Shown in pieces: positions 1 through 8,727 of a stretch of 50,887 nt of DNA. Under the pieces are notes generated by a model. The model did no database searches and was not told the origin of the DNA. It was given only the letters and a program-made list of their open reading frames with translations. A program made the position numbers and the translations under genes. Source of the stretch: Rhodospirillales bacterium (GTDB taxonomy: Bacteria > Pseudomonadota > Alphaproteobacteria > Bin95). Numbering within the stretch: position 1 is the stretch's first letter; each line of letters starts with the position of its first letter. The stretch is taken from NCBI GenBank assembly GCA_008081395.1, contig VMCJ01000062.1, positions 1 through 50,887 on the forward strand, given 5' to 3'.

Positions 1-1
1 A

Positions 2-448
2 TGTGTCGTCCCTGGCAGCCACAAACTGCGCCGCGTTGACATCCCAGCAATGGCTGCCGCGGCACAATCTGACCAATTTCCAGATGCGGTCCCTATAATT
101 TGTGCTGCTGGTGATGTGGCAATGACAAACCGTCAGGCGATCCATGGATCCTTTGCCAATACAAGTGAACAATGGCGTGTGACCGTCAATATGGGCTTTC
201 ACCGACGCTCCTCAGTATTGAATGTTGAAGCTGGAGGCCTGCACAATGCGCGTGCCGTTTATGATGACGAACGAATCAAGCGCCGAGCCCGGATGCTTGG
301 CTATGCAATAGATGCTCGCCAGCAGCGATTTCCTGATGAAACGCCATATGAATACAAACCGCATCGAGATAGTGGGCTTGTTTACCATTGGAATGAGAAG
401 GCGCGCGCCGACATTTGGGACTACAACAAGGAAGACCTGAGCATCTAA
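2..448 (+). CDS. Phytanoyl-CoA dioxygenase (PhyH) family Fe(II)/2-oxoglutarate dioxygenase, 5'-truncated by the window edge
   Basis: The frame is open from nt 2 and reads CVVPGSHK, the PhyH-type VVPGSH motif. It continues to AGDV...HGSFANTS...R, giving the distal Fe-ligand His and the 2OG-binding Arg. The ORF track starts at an internal ATG (50). Confidence 0.75.
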   Translation, partial: CVVPGSHKLRRVDIPAMAAAAQSDQFPDAVPIICAAGDVAMTNRQAIHGSFANTSEQWRVTVNMGFHRRSSVLNVEAGGLHNARAVYDDERIKRRARMLGYAIDARQQRFPDETPYEYKPHRDSGLVYHWNEKARADIWDYNKEDLSI

Positions 449-906
449 TCCCGTTGTTCTTTTTCAAGGCGACGATCTCGCGCAAGGTCGAGTTTATAGG
501 TTGCCTGGGCCTTTGCTACTAAACGACCCTCCTCATCCGTAGCAATAACGTCAACTATGGTGAGAATGCCTCCACGGCTGACCACTTTCCCCTCAGCCAA
601 TATATCCTTCCCAAGACCTGGGCCAATATAATTGATAGTTAGCGATACCGTTGTTCCTCGTGTAGTTGCTCTTGCATCAGGGGTTGCCCAAGCTGCACAG
701 GTTGCAGCAGTGTCAATGAGTGTGGCCGTTGCTCCTCCATGAACAATATTCAAGCCATTCATTATCTCCGGTGAAGCTTTCATGCGGCACACAACACGAT
801 CAATCTCAACTACATCAACAGACAACCCGACATGCCTTCCAAAAGGTCCAGTGGCAATGACATTATGAATTCGATCGAGCGCTGCTTCTGAGAGATTTTT
901 GGTCAT
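445..906 (-). CDS. PaaI family hotdog-fold thioesterase
   Basis: 153 aa with the N-x3-VHGG-x5-ID motif (NGLNIVHGGATATLIDT) and TVSLTINYI strand. Confidence 0.85.
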   Translation of the reverse strand: MTKNLSEAALDRIHNVIATGPFGRHVGLSVDVVEIDRVVCRMKASPEIMNGLNIVHGGATATLIDTAATCAAWATPDARATTRGTTVSLTINYIGPGLGKDILAEGKVVSRGGILTIVDVIATDEEGRLVAKAQATYKLDLARDRRLEKEQRD

Positions 907-1086
907 GGTGTTCCACTACGAGCTTGAGAGTTTTCAGTTCACGTTGTGCAATAAGACCATGAACGGAAAACAAATGTTAATCTTGGTTGAGTATCTACAG
1001 TTTCCAAAATCTAAGAATAAAAGCCTAGCCCCAAAAAAACTCAATCATGTTATTTTCGGCTAAAGGCCTACCTGGATTAAAATAGA

Positions 1087-1770
1087 ATGTGTGGACGATA
1101 TCTTCTAACAAAACCCACCACAGACTTGGCTAGATTATTTGGTTTTATTGAACTGCCGAATCTTGCTCCAAACTGGAATATAGCTCCAACTCAAGAGGCA
1201 CCAGTAATACGAAATATTGGGCGCAACCGGTCATGCGCTAAAATACGCTGGGGCTTTATCAAAAATCGAGCTCATTCATCATCAAGACAAAACCCACTCA
1301 TCAACGCTCGTGGTGAGACTATAGCTGAAAAGCCAAGTTTCAAAGAGAGTTTCAAAAAACACCGATGCCTAGTCCCCGCCGATGGGTTTTATGAATGGCG
1401 AGGCAAGGGGGACTCGCGGCAGGCTTTCTTTGCAGACCCCGGCGAGACAATTGCCTTTGCTGGTCTTTGGGAAAATAGCCGAAAGTCAGACGGGACAACT
1501 TTGGAGACCTTTACGATTGTAACAACAGAAGCAAATCAATCGCTAGCAAGTATCCACCATAGGATGCCTGTGGTTATTCAACCCGAGGAATTTGATACCT
1601 GGCTCAGAGCATCAGCGAAAGATGCTGCTAATCTAATTCGGGCGGCTTCAGAGGAAAGGTTTCGATTAGTTGAAGTTGATAAAAGGGTGGGGAACGTTAA
1701 ACACAATGACCCCGAACTTGTGATACCAATCAATAAAAGAACGTCTAAAGAACAATTACACTTATTTTAA
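1087..1770 (+). CDS. yedK: SOS response-associated peptidase (SRAP/YedK/HMCES), abasic-site protecting protein
   Basis: N-terminal MCGRY (catalytic Cys2), NIAPTQ, INARGET, GFYEW, IHHRMP motifs. Confidence 0.92.
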   Translation: MCGRYLLTKPTTDLARLFGFIELPNLAPNWNIAPTQEAPVIRNIGRNRSCAKIRWGFIKNRAHSSSRQNPLINARGETIAEKPSFKESFKKHRCLVPADGFYEWRGKGDSRQAFFADPGETIAFAGLWENSRKSDGTTLETFTIVTTEANQSLASIHHRMPVVIQPEEFDTWLRASAKDAANLIRAASEERFRLVEVDKRVGNVKHNDPELVIPINKRTSKEQLHLF

Positions 1771-1790
1771 AATTGTGAGGCCTGTGAACG

Positions 1791-3074
1791 ATGCGCACCT
1801 ATCTGAAAAAATCTAGCCAAAGAGAGGGCTTCGACCGACCAGCCGTCGAAGCTGCTGTCAGCAAGATGTTATCTGATATTCGAGAAAATGGTGACGATGC
1901 AATCCAGAGGTATGCTCGCGATCTTGATAATTGGAAAAGTTCAGAATTTCGTATGTCAGAAGACCGCATTCGCCAAGTTGAACGCATGCTGCCGGAAACC
2001 TTCAAGGAAGATATTAAATTTGCATTACAGCAAGTTCAGGACTTTGCGAAAGCTCAACGAGATACAATGGCAGAGCTCAACATTGAACTTCGGCCTGGTG
2101 CCCATATGGGGCATCGGCACATTCCAATAAAAGTAGCAGGTTGCTATACGCCAGGCGGCAAATACCCTCTAGTAGCGGGTTCAATTATGTCTGCAGGGGT
2201 GGCCGCAGTTGCCGGTGTTGGAACTATAGTTGGCTGCGCTCCACCCAAAGATTCAGACGGCGTCTATCCACAGACACTCTACGCCTTCCACGCAGCTGGA
2301 GCTCACGAAATCTTTGCTATAGGTGGCGTACAAGCCCTCGCAGCAATGGCATACGGGCTAGTAGGTATGCCACCCTCAGACTTAATTATTGGACCAGGCA
2401 ATCCTTATGTTGCTGAGGCAAAACGACAACTTTTTGGTGTATGTGGCATTGATCAGCTCGCGGGGCCTACTGAAACACTAATAATCGCAGACGATAGCGT
2501 CCCTGCATCGCTTGTTGCTACGGACCTTCTAGGCCAAGCAGAGCATGGGCCAGACAGTCCTTGCTGGCTCATAACTACGTCGCGCCGACTCGCCGAAGAA
2601 GTTTTAAGGGAAATTGAAACACAGCTAAAAACTCTCCCCACCCGAGAGGTCGCCCAAAAAGCTTGGCGTGATTATGGTGAGGTTGTGATTGTTGAAAGTA
2701 AAGAAGAAGCTGTTGAATTGGCGGATGAGTACGCGTCCGAGCACTTACAAGTAATGACTTCAGACGACGAATATTACCTTGCCAATCTTTCCAACTACGG
2801 CAGTCTTTTTGTAGGTGAAGCAACCACTGTTGCTTACGGCGACAAGGGAGTGGGAACAAACCATATCCTACCAACTGGTCGGGCTGCCCGTTATACGGGT
2901 GGGCTATGGGTCGGTAAATTTTTAAAAACTGTGACCTGGCAGCGACTAACTCCGGATGCCAGTCGGCAAATTGCTCCTGTTATCAGTAGAATCTCGGAGA
3001 GCGAGGGGATGCTGGCTCACGCAATTACCGCAGATGTTCGATATGCTAAGTATGCGCCTAAAAATGAGACTTAG
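1791..3074 (+). CDS. Histidinol dehydrogenase-family enzyme, HpsN-like paralog (sulfopropanediol 3-dehydrogenase-related)
   Basis: HisD fold motifs GPGNPYVAEAK, AGPTE, DLLGQAEHG, ASEHL, GTNHILPT. Carries GDK rather than the GDY of biosynthetic HisD, an N-terminal YLKK, and has no his genes nearby. Confidence 0.8.
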   Translation: MRTYLKKSSQREGFDRPAVEAAVSKMLSDIRENGDDAIQRYARDLDNWKSSEFRMSEDRIRQVERMLPETFKEDIKFALQQVQDFAKAQRDTMAELNIELRPGAHMGHRHIPIKVAGCYTPGGKYPLVAGSIMSAGVAAVAGVGTIVGCAPPKDSDGVYPQTLYAFHAAGAHEIFAIGGVQALAAMAYGLVGMPPSDLIIGPGNPYVAEAKRQLFGVCGIDQLAGPTETLIIADDSVPASLVATDLLGQAEHGPDSPCWLITTSRRLAEEVLREIETQLKTLPTREVAQKAWRDYGEVVIVESKEEAVELADEYASEHLQVMTSDDEYYLANLSNYGSLFVGEATTVAYGDKGVGTNHILPTGRAARYTGGLWVGKFLKTVTWQRLTPDASRQIAPVISRISESEGMLAHAITADVRYAKYAPKNET

Positions 3075-3109
3075 AAGAAATTTCCAAGTTTATTTTCTAA
3101 TTTTTACTG

Positions 3110-3727
3110 TCATAGGGGCAACATCCAAATCGCAAACAGCGGGTCATTGCTCGACTTCATCGCGTGAATAATATTGGGCCTGTTATAGATCAATCCTCCA
3201 GGCCCAGGAGATTGCCATTCTCCGTTATTTTGTCTCCAGCACCCATCACTGAGCGCTATGTAAACCTCCTCTGGCGGATGTTGATGATTGGGATAAACAG
3301 TATTGGGCGCTAACAAACTTACCCCTATTCGGATGTCAGTTCGATATTCCAATCCCATATCACCCACTATAACGGCATTTGCGTGAGACTTAAGCCAATT
3401 TGGATCATTAGAGTGTCGATCCGATCGTGTCTGCCAGGAAAGTTTTGGAGTTAATACCTCCAAGGCTTCTGCTAGCCTACCTACTGGCCCAGACTTGGCT
3501 GTTTTAATAGCTTTATCCAACCAGGCTGTTACTGGAACTTCATGGGATGACAAAGCCCCTTTGTAGGCGCCAATATTTTTGAGCCTCTCATATACGAGAC
3601 CGGTTGCTGACCTAATTTTTTCGTCAGGTTTTCTTTTAAAAATTGATATTTTTAGCTCATTCAAAAAAAACTCAAGATCATCATTTCGAGGCATAATTTT
3701 TCTCAATTCATTATTAATCTGGAGCAT
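3110..3727 (-). CDS. DMSP lyase family cupin protein (DddQ/DddL-related); start may be the ATG at 3694
   Basis: Cupin metal motif GVSLLAPNTVYPNHQHPPEEVY followed by NRPNIIHAM and PLFAIW, typical of the DMSP_lyase family. Confidence 0.7.
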   Translation of the reverse strand: MLQINNELRKIMPRNDDLEFFLNELKISIFKRKPDEKIRSATGLVYERLKNIGAYKGALSSHEVPVTAWLDKAIKTAKSGPVGRLAEALEVLTPKLSWQTRSDRHSNDPNWLKSHANAVIVGDMGLEYRTDIRIGVSLLAPNTVYPNHQHPPEEVYIALSDGCWRQNNGEWQSPGPGGLIYNRPNIIHAMKSSNDPLFAIWMLPL

Positions 3728-3759
3728 TTCGCGAGCAGCCTGCTAAGCTTCTCGCAAAT

Positions 3760-4557
3760 GTGACAACAAAAGGCGGTCAAGTGAAGAAAATTAGTCTAGT
3801 GACAGGAGGGGGAAGCGGGATTGGCAGAGCAACCTCCATCAAGCTATCGACGCGTGAAAATCACGTAATTGTTGCTGACATCGATGAAGAAGGTGCTGCA
3901 GAAACCGTTTCCCGAATTAAGGCGGCAGGAGGGGATGCAAGCGCAACTAAAGCTGATGTATCTGACGAATTATCAGTTGCTGCCTTGATGCAGACTGTCG
4001 CAAAGGCGGGCCGTATTGATACCCTCGTGAACTGTGCGGGTATCCTGCAAAACGGTTCGCGTGTTGAAGATATGGACTTGGCTGAACATGACAGAATTTG
4101 GAACGTTAACTATCGCGGCACCTATCTTTGTTGTCGGGCCTTTGGGCCGGTAATGGCGGAATATGGTGTTGGTTCAATAGTTAACATTGGTTCAATAGCT
4201 GGTTTCGAGATGTTCCCATTACCCGCCTACAGTCCTTCGAAAGCTGCCATTCACCAATTGACGAAGGTGTTGGCTGGCGATTTAGGGCCTCGTGGTGTTC
4301 GTGTTAATGCCGTAGCCCCCGGATTTGTTATGACTGAAGCTCTGAAGGCTCGAGTAGAAGCTGGTGAAAGAGACACATCCGTAATGGAAGAACAGAAGAC
4401 ACTACGTCGAATTGTTGAACCAGATGAAATTGCCGATGCTATCCTTTTTCTCTGTAGTAATGCGGCTAGAGCAATTACTGGCGCAACACTCCCAGTAGAT
4501 AACGGTTGGTTGGCTGGGCTTGCTTACAATAGCTATGCCGGTAACAAGAAAAACTAA
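3760..4557 (+). CDS. Short-chain dehydrogenase/reductase (SDR); start may be the GTG at 3781
   Basis: TGGGSGIG, VNCAGI, NIGS, YSPSK, RVNAVAPG. Confidence 0.9.
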   Translation: MTTKGGQVKKISLVTGGGSGIGRATSIKLSTRENHVIVADIDEEGAAETVSRIKAAGGDASATKADVSDELSVAALMQTVAKAGRIDTLVNCAGILQNGSRVEDMDLAEHDRIWNVNYRGTYLCCRAFGPVMAEYGVGSIVNIGSIAGFEMFPLPAYSPSKAAIHQLTKVLAGDLGPRGVRVNAVAPGFVMTEALKARVEAGERDTSVMEEQKTLRRIVEPDEIADAILFLCSNAARAITGATLPVDNGWLAGLAYNSYAGNKKN

Positions 4558-4575
4558 CCTTTGGAGGATTCATAA

Positions 4576-5673
4576 ATGCCCGCAGAAGCCAAAGCCGCCA
4601 TCCTGCGAGAGACAGGCCAACCATTAACAATTGAAACCATTACAGTCGACGATCCAGGACCTCGCGAGATCCGGATTAAGACTAAAGCCTGCGGAGTATG
4701 TCACTCTGACTTACACATGGCAGAGGGTTCTTATCCTTGGCGCTACCCAACGGTACTTGGACACGAAAGTGCTGGAATAGTTGAAGCAGTTGGCAACCAA
4801 GTTACGGACTTTCAGGTAGGGGATACAGTAATTACTTGCCTCTCAGTCTTTTGCGGCAATTGCGAGTATTGTCTGTCAGGAAAGATGAGCCTTTGCGAGA
4901 GTCCATCCCGCATGCGTGGGGAAAGTGATAGGCCAAGGTTGTCTCAAGGGGACATGGAAATTCACCAATTCGCACAACTTTCCTCCTTTGCTGAACGGAT
5001 GCTTGTGCATGAGCATGCCGCGGTCAAAATCCGAGAAGATATGCCGTTAGACAAGGCCGCACTTATTGGATGTGGGGTAACTACTGGTGTTGGAGCAGTT
5101 CAAAACACAGCTAGAATCGAGGCTGGGTCGACAGTTGCTGTCATAGGCTGCGGAGGCGTTGGGCTATCCGCGATTAATGGTGCTGCAATTGCTGGTGCAA
5201 GCCGCATTGTTGCAATTGATCTTTCAGCTACCAAGCTCAACCTGGCCAAGGAATTTGGAGCAACCGATTTAGTTAATCCTAACGATGGAGATCCCGTAAA
5301 GCAGGTACGGAACCTGATTGGTGGGGGTGGAGTGCATTATGCTTTTGAAGCTATTGGGCTGAAGCAAACGGCCGAAGATGCCTTTCGCATGATTCGGCCT
5401 GGAGGAACTGCTACTATCATTGGCATGATTCCGGTAGGCACAAAAATTGAACTTCATGGCCCTGAATTTCTCCGCGAGAAAAAAATCCAAGGGTCCACAA
5501 TGGGATCAAATCGGTTCCGAGTTGATATGCCTCGTTACATTGATTTTTATATGCAGAGAAGACTTAAACTAGACGAATTAGTCTCTCAGCATATCGCTCT
5601 AGAAGATGTGAACGATGCATTTGAGGAAATGAAAAAGGGCGAAATTGCCCGGTCTGTGATCATGTTCAATTAA
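4576..5673 (+). CDS. Zn-dependent alcohol dehydrogenase (class III-like MDR)
   Basis: CHSDLH, GHESAG, structural Zn motif CGNCEYC-x7-C, GCGVTTG, GCGGVG; GGAGG RBS upstream. Confidence 0.92.
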   Translation: MPAEAKAAILRETGQPLTIETITVDDPGPREIRIKTKACGVCHSDLHMAEGSYPWRYPTVLGHESAGIVEAVGNQVTDFQVGDTVITCLSVFCGNCEYCLSGKMSLCESPSRMRGESDRPRLSQGDMEIHQFAQLSSFAERMLVHEHAAVKIREDMPLDKAALIGCGVTTGVGAVQNTARIEAGSTVAVIGCGGVGLSAINGAAIAGASRIVAIDLSATKLNLAKEFGATDLVNPNDGDPVKQVRNLIGGGGVHYAFEAIGLKQTAEDAFRMIRPGGTATIIGMIPVGTKIELHGPEFLREKKIQGSTMGSNRFRVDMPRYIDFYMQRRLKLDELVSQHIALEDVNDAFEEMKKGEIARSVIMFN

Positions 5674-5689
5674 CAGGACAAAACTACTC

Positions 5690-6511
5690 ATGACTATCGT
5701 CGACGCTCAAATTCACCTTTGGGGACAAGGGCTGCCATCAAATATGGCACACCGACAAGTTACATCGTTTCTGGCCCCGGAAGCTATTGCCATGATGGAT
5801 GAAGCTGATGTCGCTGGTGCAGTAATCCACCCCCCACCTTGGGATCCCACGTCAGAAGCTTTAGCTCTTCAGGCGGTCTCCGACTATCCGGGCCGCTTCT
5901 CTATAATGGCATCACCACCTTTGGAAGGCCCAGGCGCTGCAGATAGGGTAAGAGATCTCAGAAAAACACCAGGAATGCTTGGTATCCGCTATACTTTTCT
6001 TGCAGGACGAGAGCGCGAATTGCTTTCTTCTGGTGAACTCGATCAAATCTGGGTAGCCGCTGAAGAAGGTGGAGTGCCGGTTTCAGCTCTGTGTACCGAT
6101 ACATTGGCTACGTTTGCAAAAATTGCGGAAAAGCATCCTGGCTTAAAAATTACGATCGATCATCTAGGGGGCCGCGGTGGTAATACAACGCTAAAAGACC
6201 ACGCAGCCATGACACATATGCCTGAGCTTTTGGCACTCGCTCGTTACCCAAATATCGCCGTAAAAGCTACGGGTGCTCCTGGTTATTCAGCCGAAGGATA
6301 TCCCTTTCCCATAATGCTCGACTATGTGCGCCAGGTATTCGAAACCTTTGGACCAGAGCGAACTTTCTGGGGGACCGATATCACGAAAATGCCATGCTCC
6401 TGGACTGAATGTATCGACATGTTTACTGCCGCCCCATGGCTTAAAGGAGATGATAAACGCCTCGTTATGGGTGATGCAATTTGTGATTGGTGGGGCTGGG
6501 AAAGAACATAG
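5690..6511 (+). CDS. Amidohydrolase family 2 protein (lactonase-like)
   Basis: IVDAQIHLW, IDHLG, N-x-A-V-K, FGPERTFWGTD pattern of COG3618-like amidohydrolases. Confidence 0.8.
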   Translation: MTIVDAQIHLWGQGLPSNMAHRQVTSFLAPEAIAMMDEADVAGAVIHPPPWDPTSEALALQAVSDYPGRFSIMASPPLEGPGAADRVRDLRKTPGMLGIRYTFLAGRERELLSSGELDQIWVAAEEGGVPVSALCTDTLATFAKIAEKHPGLKITIDHLGGRGGNTTLKDHAAMTHMPELLALARYPNIAVKATGAPGYSAEGYPFPIMLDYVRQVFETFGPERTFWGTDITKMPCSWTECIDMFTAAPWLKGDDKRLVMGDAICDWWGWERT

Positions 6512-6531
6512 GCAGCTTAGGGGAGCAAGTA

Positions 6532-7302
6532 ATGGGCAAAATGGAAGGTAAAGCCACAATAATAACGGGTGGTGCGAGGGGGATTGGTGCGGCAGCAGCC
6601 AAGCTATTTACTAGCGAAGGTAGCCGCGTGATGCTTGTTGATGTACTCGAAGACCCAATGGCAAAACTCGTTGCCGAGTTGGGTGAAGACAAAGCTGCTT
6701 ACGTAGTTGCAGATGTGTCCGATGAGGAAGCCACCAAACACTATGTCTCCCAGACAATCGCACACTTTGGCGCCGTGGATGCAGCACTTCTGAATGCGGG
6801 CATCGTAGGTGAAGTCAAATCCTTTGCAGACTATCCGGCAGAGGCCTTCGACCGACTAATAGCAATTAACGTGCGCGGTGTATGGCTTGGTCTAAAGTAT
6901 GTGATGCAGGCGATGAGTGCCAAGGGTGGATCAATCGTTTGCACTTCTTCAACATCAGGCATTAGAGCAACTAGAAATATAGCTCCCTACACGGCCTCAA
7001 AACATGCGGTGATAGGATTGATGCGTTCAGCTGCGCTTGAAGGTGCTGCCCACGATATTAGAGTAAATACAGTAAACCCCGCCGCCACTGAAACCGACAT
7101 GATTTTTGAGATTGAGACGAAGCGTGGAGTGGCAGCAGGCGCTGGCGTCAACGCTACTATGGCTCAAGGCACGCCAATGCAGCGCTACGGAACGGCGGAA
7201 GAAATTGCGAGAATGATGCTATTCTTGGCTAGCGATGACTCAAGCTTCTGCACGGGCGGCGTTTATATGGTAGATGGTGGAGTTTCAGCTGGCCGAGTCT
7301 GA
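6532..7302 (+). CDS. SDR family oxidoreductase
   Basis: TGGARGIG, NAGI, YTASKHAV. Start moved to ATG 6532 after a GGGGAG RBS. Confidence 0.9.
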   Translation: MGKMEGKATIITGGARGIGAAAAKLFTSEGSRVMLVDVLEDPMAKLVAELGEDKAAYVVADVSDEEATKHYVSQTIAHFGAVDAALLNAGIVGEVKSFADYPAEAFDRLIAINVRGVWLGLKYVMQAMSAKGGSIVCTSSTSGIRATRNIAPYTASKHAVIGLMRSAALEGAAHDIRVNTVNPAATETDMIFEIETKRGVAAGAGVNATMAQGTPMQRYGTAEEIARMMLFLASDDSSFCTGGVYMVDGGVSAGRV

Positions 7303-8394
7303 TCATTCAGCAAGCAAGAAGGGGGCACTCGATTCTATTGCTACCTTACGAACTTCTTCAATGAGAGTGTCTGCAATTGGTATACCATCTGCCGAACGAG
7401 TTGCTGTAGACCGTACCTCTGCATCACCTGCAACCTGTACAGGGTTTTCTGGATCTGCCGGAGGGGTTGCGTGAAGCATATCAATCATACGGTCTAAATC
7501 GGCTTGAAACTCTCCATCGGCACGGACCTTGGAAGGATCTATTGCCAAGAAGAAATGGCCGACATTTGTCTTCGTCCGCACTGGCTTGCCATCTGGACCC
7601 GGTCCATCAGACCAAGAGCCCGAGAGAGTTGCGCACAATATTTCGACCATAGTGGCAAGCCCATAACCTTTATGGCTACCTCGCTCTCTATCGCCACCTA
7701 AAGGGGTGAGACGACGCGCTTCAAATGCTGCTGCACCATCGGTTTCCATTTGGCCTTCACTATTTAGAGCCCAACCTTCGGGAATAGCTTTTCCTAGTCT
7801 TCGAGCAATGTTCAATTTTCCGACAGCTACAGTGGTGGTCGCCATATCAAGACTAAATGGTGGATTGCGCTCTGCAGGGGCTGCGAAGGCAATTGGGTTC
7901 GTGCCGAGTATAGGGTCGCGACCAAATGTTGGAACCATGGCTGGAGTTGGAGCGTTGGTCATCGCCATTCCAACAATACCCTCCTCAGCCGCCATTCTAC
8001 TGTAATAACCCGCAGCACCAAAATGATTGGAATTCCTGACGGAAACGACAGCCACGCCCATTGTTCGGGCCTTTTCCATTGCAAGCTTCATTGCCATTAC
8101 CGACGGAGGATGGCCCAGGCTACGGTCAGCATCGATTAAAGCAGCCGCAGGTTTTTCTCTAACGACTCGGATATCAGGGGTGTCCTTTATCATGCCACGA
8201 CCACGCCTCTGATGGTAACCTGGTAACATGCCAAGACCATGGCTATCGACACCCGAGAGGTCGGTTGCAACCATTACCTCTACAGTCGTAGCTATATTTT
8301 CAGATGTCATACCCCATGCCTGAAAGACTGCTTCAAGCTGAGCGCGAACAACACTTGCTGGAATATTGGTCACTGTTGCCATTCGCTTATTCAT
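7303..8394 (-). CDS. Ldh_2 family oxidoreductase (malate/L-lactate/sulfolactate/ureidoglycolate dehydrogenase-like)
   Basis: GVDSHG, NSNHFGAAG, GTNPIAF, LDMATT, HKGYGL. Confidence 0.88.
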   Translation of the reverse strand: MNKRMATVTNIPASVVRAQLEAVFQAWGMTSENIATTVEVMVATDLSGVDSHGLGMLPGYHQRRGRGMIKDTPDIRVVREKPAAALIDADRSLGHPPSVMAMKLAMEKARTMGVAVVSVRNSNHFGAAGYYSRMAAEEGIVGMAMTNAPTPAMVPTFGRDPILGTNPIAFAAPAERNPPFSLDMATTTVAVGKLNIARRLGKAIPEGWALNSEGQMETDGAAAFEARRLTPLGGDRERGSHKGYGLATMVEILCATLSGSWSDGPGPDGKPVRTKTNVGHFFLAIDPSKVRADGEFQADLDRMIDMLHATPPADPENPVQVAGDAEVRSTATRSADGIPIADTLIEEVRKVAIESSAPFLLAE

Positions 8395-8727
8395 CCTAAT
8401 TCGTAATTGCTATTTTCAGTTAACCCGCTCAGCTCAAGTAGAGGAACCTCAATCTGAAATGTTATCTGCCTCTTCGAATTACTCCACTATAAGACTCTGA
8501 CGGATCATCCCAAAATGATCTTAGTTGATAAAATTGAAGAAAATTACGTCAGCGCCGATTCATCTTATATGCGCAAGGTGTTAAGTTTTTCTTATCGAAG
8601 AATTTTACGTCAGGACTCATATACAGCAACGTTTCGCCGACATTTTTTGAGAGAACCACAAAATATCATCTGCGGAGTGAACACGTTACAATTTTATAAC
8701 CCCTGAGGGTTTCCAGGACTTTACGCC

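Noticed and set aside
961-982. Possible LexA box upstream of yedK (GAACGGAAAACAAATGTTAATC)
   Set aside because: The best fit to GAAC-N7-GAAC needs several mismatches; not distinguishable from AT-rich background.
1791-3074. Calling this gene hisD or hpsN outright
   Set aside because: GDK and the context argue against biosynthetic hisD, and motif differences from the HpsN sequences I recall prevent a confident hpsN symbol.
8515-8706. 63-aa ORF in the long intergenic region
   Set aside because: No clear RBS, no recognisable motifs, and it overlaps probable divergent promoters.
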